Source: Lingula anatina
Taxonomy: Eukaryota; Animalia; Brachiopoda
Reading direction: 5' to 3'
Assembly (NCBI GenBank): GCA_051362555.1
Contig: CM120642.1
Location: 2,356,001-2,420,000 of the forward strand
Length of the DNA stretch: 64,000 nucleotides
The position numbers and the translations under genes are program-made. The notes under the pieces are model-generated. The model had not been told where the DNA came from, searched no databases, and saw nothing but the letters and a program-made list of their open reading frames with translations. Position 1 is the first letter of the stretch, and the number at the start of each line of letters is the position of its first letter. Below are positions 59,220 to 64,000 of the stretch, one piece after another.

Positions 59220-60389
59220 CTAAAATTACATACCTTAAATTAGATTTTTTAAATATATGTAAATATGATCCTAAGTCCGATGAAAGACAGTTCTTTGTAA
59301 AATCAGTGCTTCTAAGGGAATTTTACATCCAGATAATTTTGTTATACAGCATTATTTTACAGGGTAAAACAAAAAATAGGTGTGTAAAGATGTCCTACCA
59401 ACGGCGGGTCACTTTTGGCGATAACTGAACTTTAGAGGTCAGCTGATATTGAAGATAATTATAATTTACGTTGTTTGTCTAATCCTTGCATTCTAGATAA
59501 TATTTTTATTAAGATTTAATGAGATTTTTCATAATTATGTGAAGTACTTTTGGGACCCCAAATGCTATCCTGCTGTGTTTGACTTGGCAAGATGACGTCG
59601 AGGGGATTCCACAGCATTTTTATGTCATTAATGTTAGTGTGTTGCACATCTGCACTTTTACTAGGACATTTCAAAAGGGTATTTATAATGTAAGATTAAA
59701 AGCAAGTCCTTTTTATATCTGCTAAATTACTTAGTTATATTTTCATTATACTGGAGGATCAATTACACATACATTTTATCATGGATGATCACTACTTCTC
59801 TACTTGAAAATAAATTAAAAACAAGCTTCTTCTACTCGCAGATCATTGTTTGACTCAACATTGCATTTGGATTCAGTGGTTTATACGCTAAAAGTTGCTC
59901 ATGTTTAAATGTATCAGTGACCGAAAGAAATATCGACATCAGGTATTTACATGTAAATTTGTGTAGTTTATCACTTTTATCACTGCTAAATTGTAGTTAG
60001 CATAATAATATCACACACACACACACACACATACACACACTTGACATTCAATATAGAATAATTCAGTTTCAAATGTATGCCTAGGTAAAATGCGTTTTTT
60101 TTTCAAAAAATTCCGAACTCATATAAGATAAGTGCGTATCCATGTGTGTCGCTACCAATTAACTGGCTACCTTGTTTGTTGCACTGCTGCGTTGTGTAAT
60201 ATGCAGTTATTAAAGCAAGTAGTGCTCCTTTGGGCTGGTCAAAGCTAGGCTATGGCGAAGCATGGCTCTGTCAAAAAAGTATCCATATGTCGGCAAGTAC
60301 AGCATAGAAGTATCTGGAATTTTGCATGCAAGTGGTCGGTGCACTGTGTAAAATAAGGTAAGTAGTATTTTACAAAAGTGTTAATCTGT

Positions 60390-60760
60390 GGCAGAATGGT
60401 GCAAAATAACAGACATTGCCAGACAGACTATTCCGCCAAACATAACGGTCCGCACAATTTTATAGAGTAATGCCCAGATTGATGTAACAGGACTCACTGC
60501 CCTTCCGAATCTGTTGCTGCAACGAAACAAAGATCACTTAATCCATTCAGAATGAGGGGGGGAAATTCCCACCAAAACGCGTTTTCAAGGCCCTTAGCCA
60601 ACACCAAACTGGTTTTAGCAGGTTAGAATACCGAGAGACCTCCGAGGAACCTTCTGTAAACATCAAAACATCGTCCGTCATCTGTTTTTCTAATGAATTG
60701 GGGACCATGGACATTTCTGGTCTTTCTTTATTGAGGTCAGATTTCAATTGTAGCACTCGG
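60390..60760 (+). pseudogene. Possible decayed leucine-rich-repeat coding fragment
   Basis: Manual translation ITDIARQTIPPNITVRTIL*SNAQIDVTGLTALPNLLLQRNK and NELGTMDISGLSLLRS, with stops and frameshifts. Confidence 0.3.
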
Positions 60761-63700
60761 CCAGTCACAACAGAGTTTACAGACATCCAGAAGAGGCCTA
60801 CAACGACGCGTGTGCCGCGTCTAAAGTGACTAGGGTTATTGACAGCATCAGTTTTTGGAGTGGATACCGCATCGGTGCCAAAACACCAATGCTAGCCATC
60901 GATATAAACCTCAACCAGGTCGAATAAAGGAATAATCTGGGAACCACTCGACAATCATTTGATAGGGGGCACCTTAGGAACAATTTTAGGCTGCACGATG
61001 TAATTGCCAGTTGTCACAGAGAGCTTTTAATAGCAGATATAACTTACAGAACCAAGGGAATGAGCAGCTACCGTGTACCTTGGTCTTTAAAATTGCCACA
61101 TTTGAACCACATTGACGATATATAGTATGTGGGTAAGTTATTACTCACCGATTCAACAGCCTACATGCCTTACAATAAAACTGAACCAAATTGGACAAGT
61201 TTTGAATGTTAGACATGTTAGACATGAGGGTCCTTGTGGGGCGTGTAACTCTTTCACAGGCGATAATTTGGAAAATTTGAAGATCCAAAATGGTTGTCGT
61301 ATGACTTAGAATAGGCAATGTATCTTTGTTCGCTCCACTGACAAATTCAATTAATGAACTGATGTCACAATAACATGAAAGAGATAATTAAAAGTTATTA
61401 AGTAGTAGGAAATTAGGCTGAGGGCTACTATCGGCGTGAGGAGTGTTTGTTATTTGTTTGTTTGCATCATTTTTGAGTAGCTCTGACTATACCAATGCTT
61501 TTTTGTTTCCCTTTTTAAAGCCTTATATATATATATCTTTTATTATGTCAGTTTCCTTGTTTTGAAAATCCTATCTTGTCTATTTTGATTTTCAGCTGCG
61601 TCTCATCCTACAGGTAAAATTGTACTTGCATTGAAGTTTGTTTCCGTGCGTTATAGGGTCGATTCGATAGACGGGTTCAGTTTAGCTAAGACACGCACTG
61701 GACACAGCCCGTATTTGATCGCTCTTGTACTCAAACAGTAGTATCAAATATTTCTATATGTCTAATTGGATTACACACCAAACAGTAAAGCGGGCGTCCC
61801 ATACAAGAAGTAACATTTGTTTATTTAGGCTAGTATGGCTTACTCTATTTAAGGATTTCTAAGTGTGTCTTATAGCTTACAATAGATTGTGTCAACAATG
61901 AAGACTGGATTCCCTTTGTTTTATTGGGTTACTGCGACCTACAATAGTGTGTGTCAACTGTGACTCTGTGTTTGACATTTCAGTTTACTCCGGGAGGAGG
62001 GCAGGTAAGGAGGAGGTAGGGAGGAAGTTGGGAGGGGGAAGAGGAGGAGGAGGAGGAGGGTGTCAATAAATTCCTATTTAATATATAAATAGCTTACTCC
62101 TCACCCTCAATCCTCATTCTTAAATAGAGTGCTGTCCAGAGTGTGCAAAAGCCTTCTCTAGAAAGGACATCTTGGATAAACACATTATGACTGTACACCA
62201 GGCGAAAGTTCAGCTTAATCTCCTGGCAAGTAATGAGTGTGGAACCGAGCCCACAGAAAATAATTTGGTGTTACAGCTGTACGATATGTGGCAACATTTA
62301 TACGAAGTCATACTGGTCGAGACAAAGGGTTTTATTATGTTTCACCAAGGCATCCTTCCAATATACAAGATGACGATTTCTTTGTCTGAGCTGTACTGTA
62401 TTCATAATAAGTAACTGTGAGAAGCGTAACATCGAAAAAAAGGAGGTTAACAGAGCTTTGTGGAATCTATATGTAACCACAATTTTTGTGGGAAAAGAAG
62501 GAATATGTTAAGGTTCACCGAAGGTATGTGATAAACTCACTCATTTACAGGTACATATTGTACTCTTTTCGTTTAACGGAAAGTTATTTAAAACCACCAC
62601 TGGTTATTTAAAACCAACGCTCGCGGTCCCGTCATGGGACGCGGCTCCACAGCAGAATAGTCACGTGGGAGCCTCTCCAATAAGGTCACGCGACAAGGTT
62701 ATTTTCAGTTGCACCCTGGATTACGCACGCTTGCTCCGCAAGGTGTCGCCTGTGGCGGGGGGGCAACACAGCCCATATGGTTACTGTGGCGAAGGTGACA
62801 GGTACTTCCAAAAAACATTTTTTCATAATTGTCATTTTTCCTCATTCTATTCACGAATTTGATATTTACGGCAATGGAAAATCTGGCACCGGCAAAAGTG
62901 AATCTACAATGTAGGTGCGTTGACAGGCCACACAGGTGTCCCCAATTAACCGCCGCCAGAGAAGAGACCCCAAGCATTAAACAACACAACCTGTAGGTAT
63001 TGGAAATTTGGTTAAAGCTAAGCAACTGAGGCTTTATTAGATTTGGGCAGAAATCGAGGGGAATGTCCAGTGACATGCCAAACCCCTAAGTTCAAGTCTT
63101 GGCCCTTGACACCAGTAACGCACCCCTTAGTCAAGAATCTGAACAAATCAATGTTGGGCAGGTATGCTCTTATTTTCTACAGGCGTTTTGTGATTTTATC
63201 AACTTGATTGTCAAGTGCCAGACCTTTTGCTCCCAGGTACAAGTAGCAAACTTTATCAGATAACAATCTGACACTAACCATTCTGCACTAACAGCGCTGT
63301 AAACCCAGTTATCAATGGTGTCATCTTTACCTGTATCTTTACCGGTATTATGCCAGTGGTACGTTTGATACATTTGAGTAAGGAAATATGCTTAAATTCA
63401 TTTATAATACATAACAGGTTGATACGTTAGCATCAACCTGTTAATAAAAACTTGGAAACTTTCAATGTTATTACACAATAACAGTATAATGATGGGAGAT
63501 GTTATGATTAAATGCTTAGGAGAATAATAAAAACAGATTATGTGAAATATAAAATGAATTGATTTTATTTGGGTTATTTATTTCAAACCAATTAATTATC
63601 AAACATGAAGCTTATTTTTAGAAACATTTGCAGATATATGAAATATAACCTTGCTGGTACACAGATCTACAGTTCTAAAATGCAAATACCAAGTACATGT

Positions 63701-64000
63701 TCCTTTCACACACCACTGATGAGATGTGAATAATCATATGTATATAGCAGTAAAAATATCACAAGAAATGTGTAAGCAAGATATTTCTACAAGTAACCTC
63801 ATTAATCAGTCAGGCAACCTCATAATGCACCCAATAAATGTTGAAATTTGAGCCAGAGAAATTCTACATACAGGCATGACAGATTTACCATATATTGCCA
63901 CCAACCCTTAACTGAATGGGCATAGAAAGAACAAAGTGAGTCTCCCTCCCATTAAAAATGAAAAATAAAAATAAATAAAAAAACAGATACTGTCATTCTT

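Noticed and set aside
62570-63400. Higher-GC stretch with short ORFs, possibly a decayed retroelement accessory ORF
   Set aside because: No motif I can identify with confidence and no boundaries
59220-64000. Start exon or promoter of the ankyrin gene
   Set aside because: Candidate donors (e.g. ~61047) give no convincing phase-1 coding exon; it may lie outside the window

Overview
AT-rich, repeat-dense eukaryotic DNA (looks like an invertebrate animal; taxon is inference only). The backbone is a minus-strand gene made of 17 single-ankyrin-repeat exons (16 are exactly 99 nt, phase 0-0 and open; one is a 103-nt frameshifted copy). They sit in tandem ~0.5-0.7 kb exon+intron units, are preceded by a probable N-cap exon, and are followed 1.4 kb downstream by four in-frame exons of a guanylate-binding-protein (GBP) family GTPase. 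The GBP has degenerate catalytic motifs and a U12-type intron. The last ankyrin donor is in phase with the first GBP acceptor, so this may be one ANK-array-GBP fusion gene with cassette-like repeats; this is the main finding and needs transcript evidence. Introns and flanks carry nested mobile elements: a full-length RTE LINE with a 5' HDV-like ribozyme interrupted by an intact Gypsy element, a Tc1 element interrupted by an intact BEL/Pao element, two Academ-like elements, P-like, Harbinger-like and CCC/GGG-ended TIR elements, a Helentron-type HINE with an internal satellite, and a Penelope remnant with a hammerhead motif. No CRISPR, rRNA or tRNA seen.
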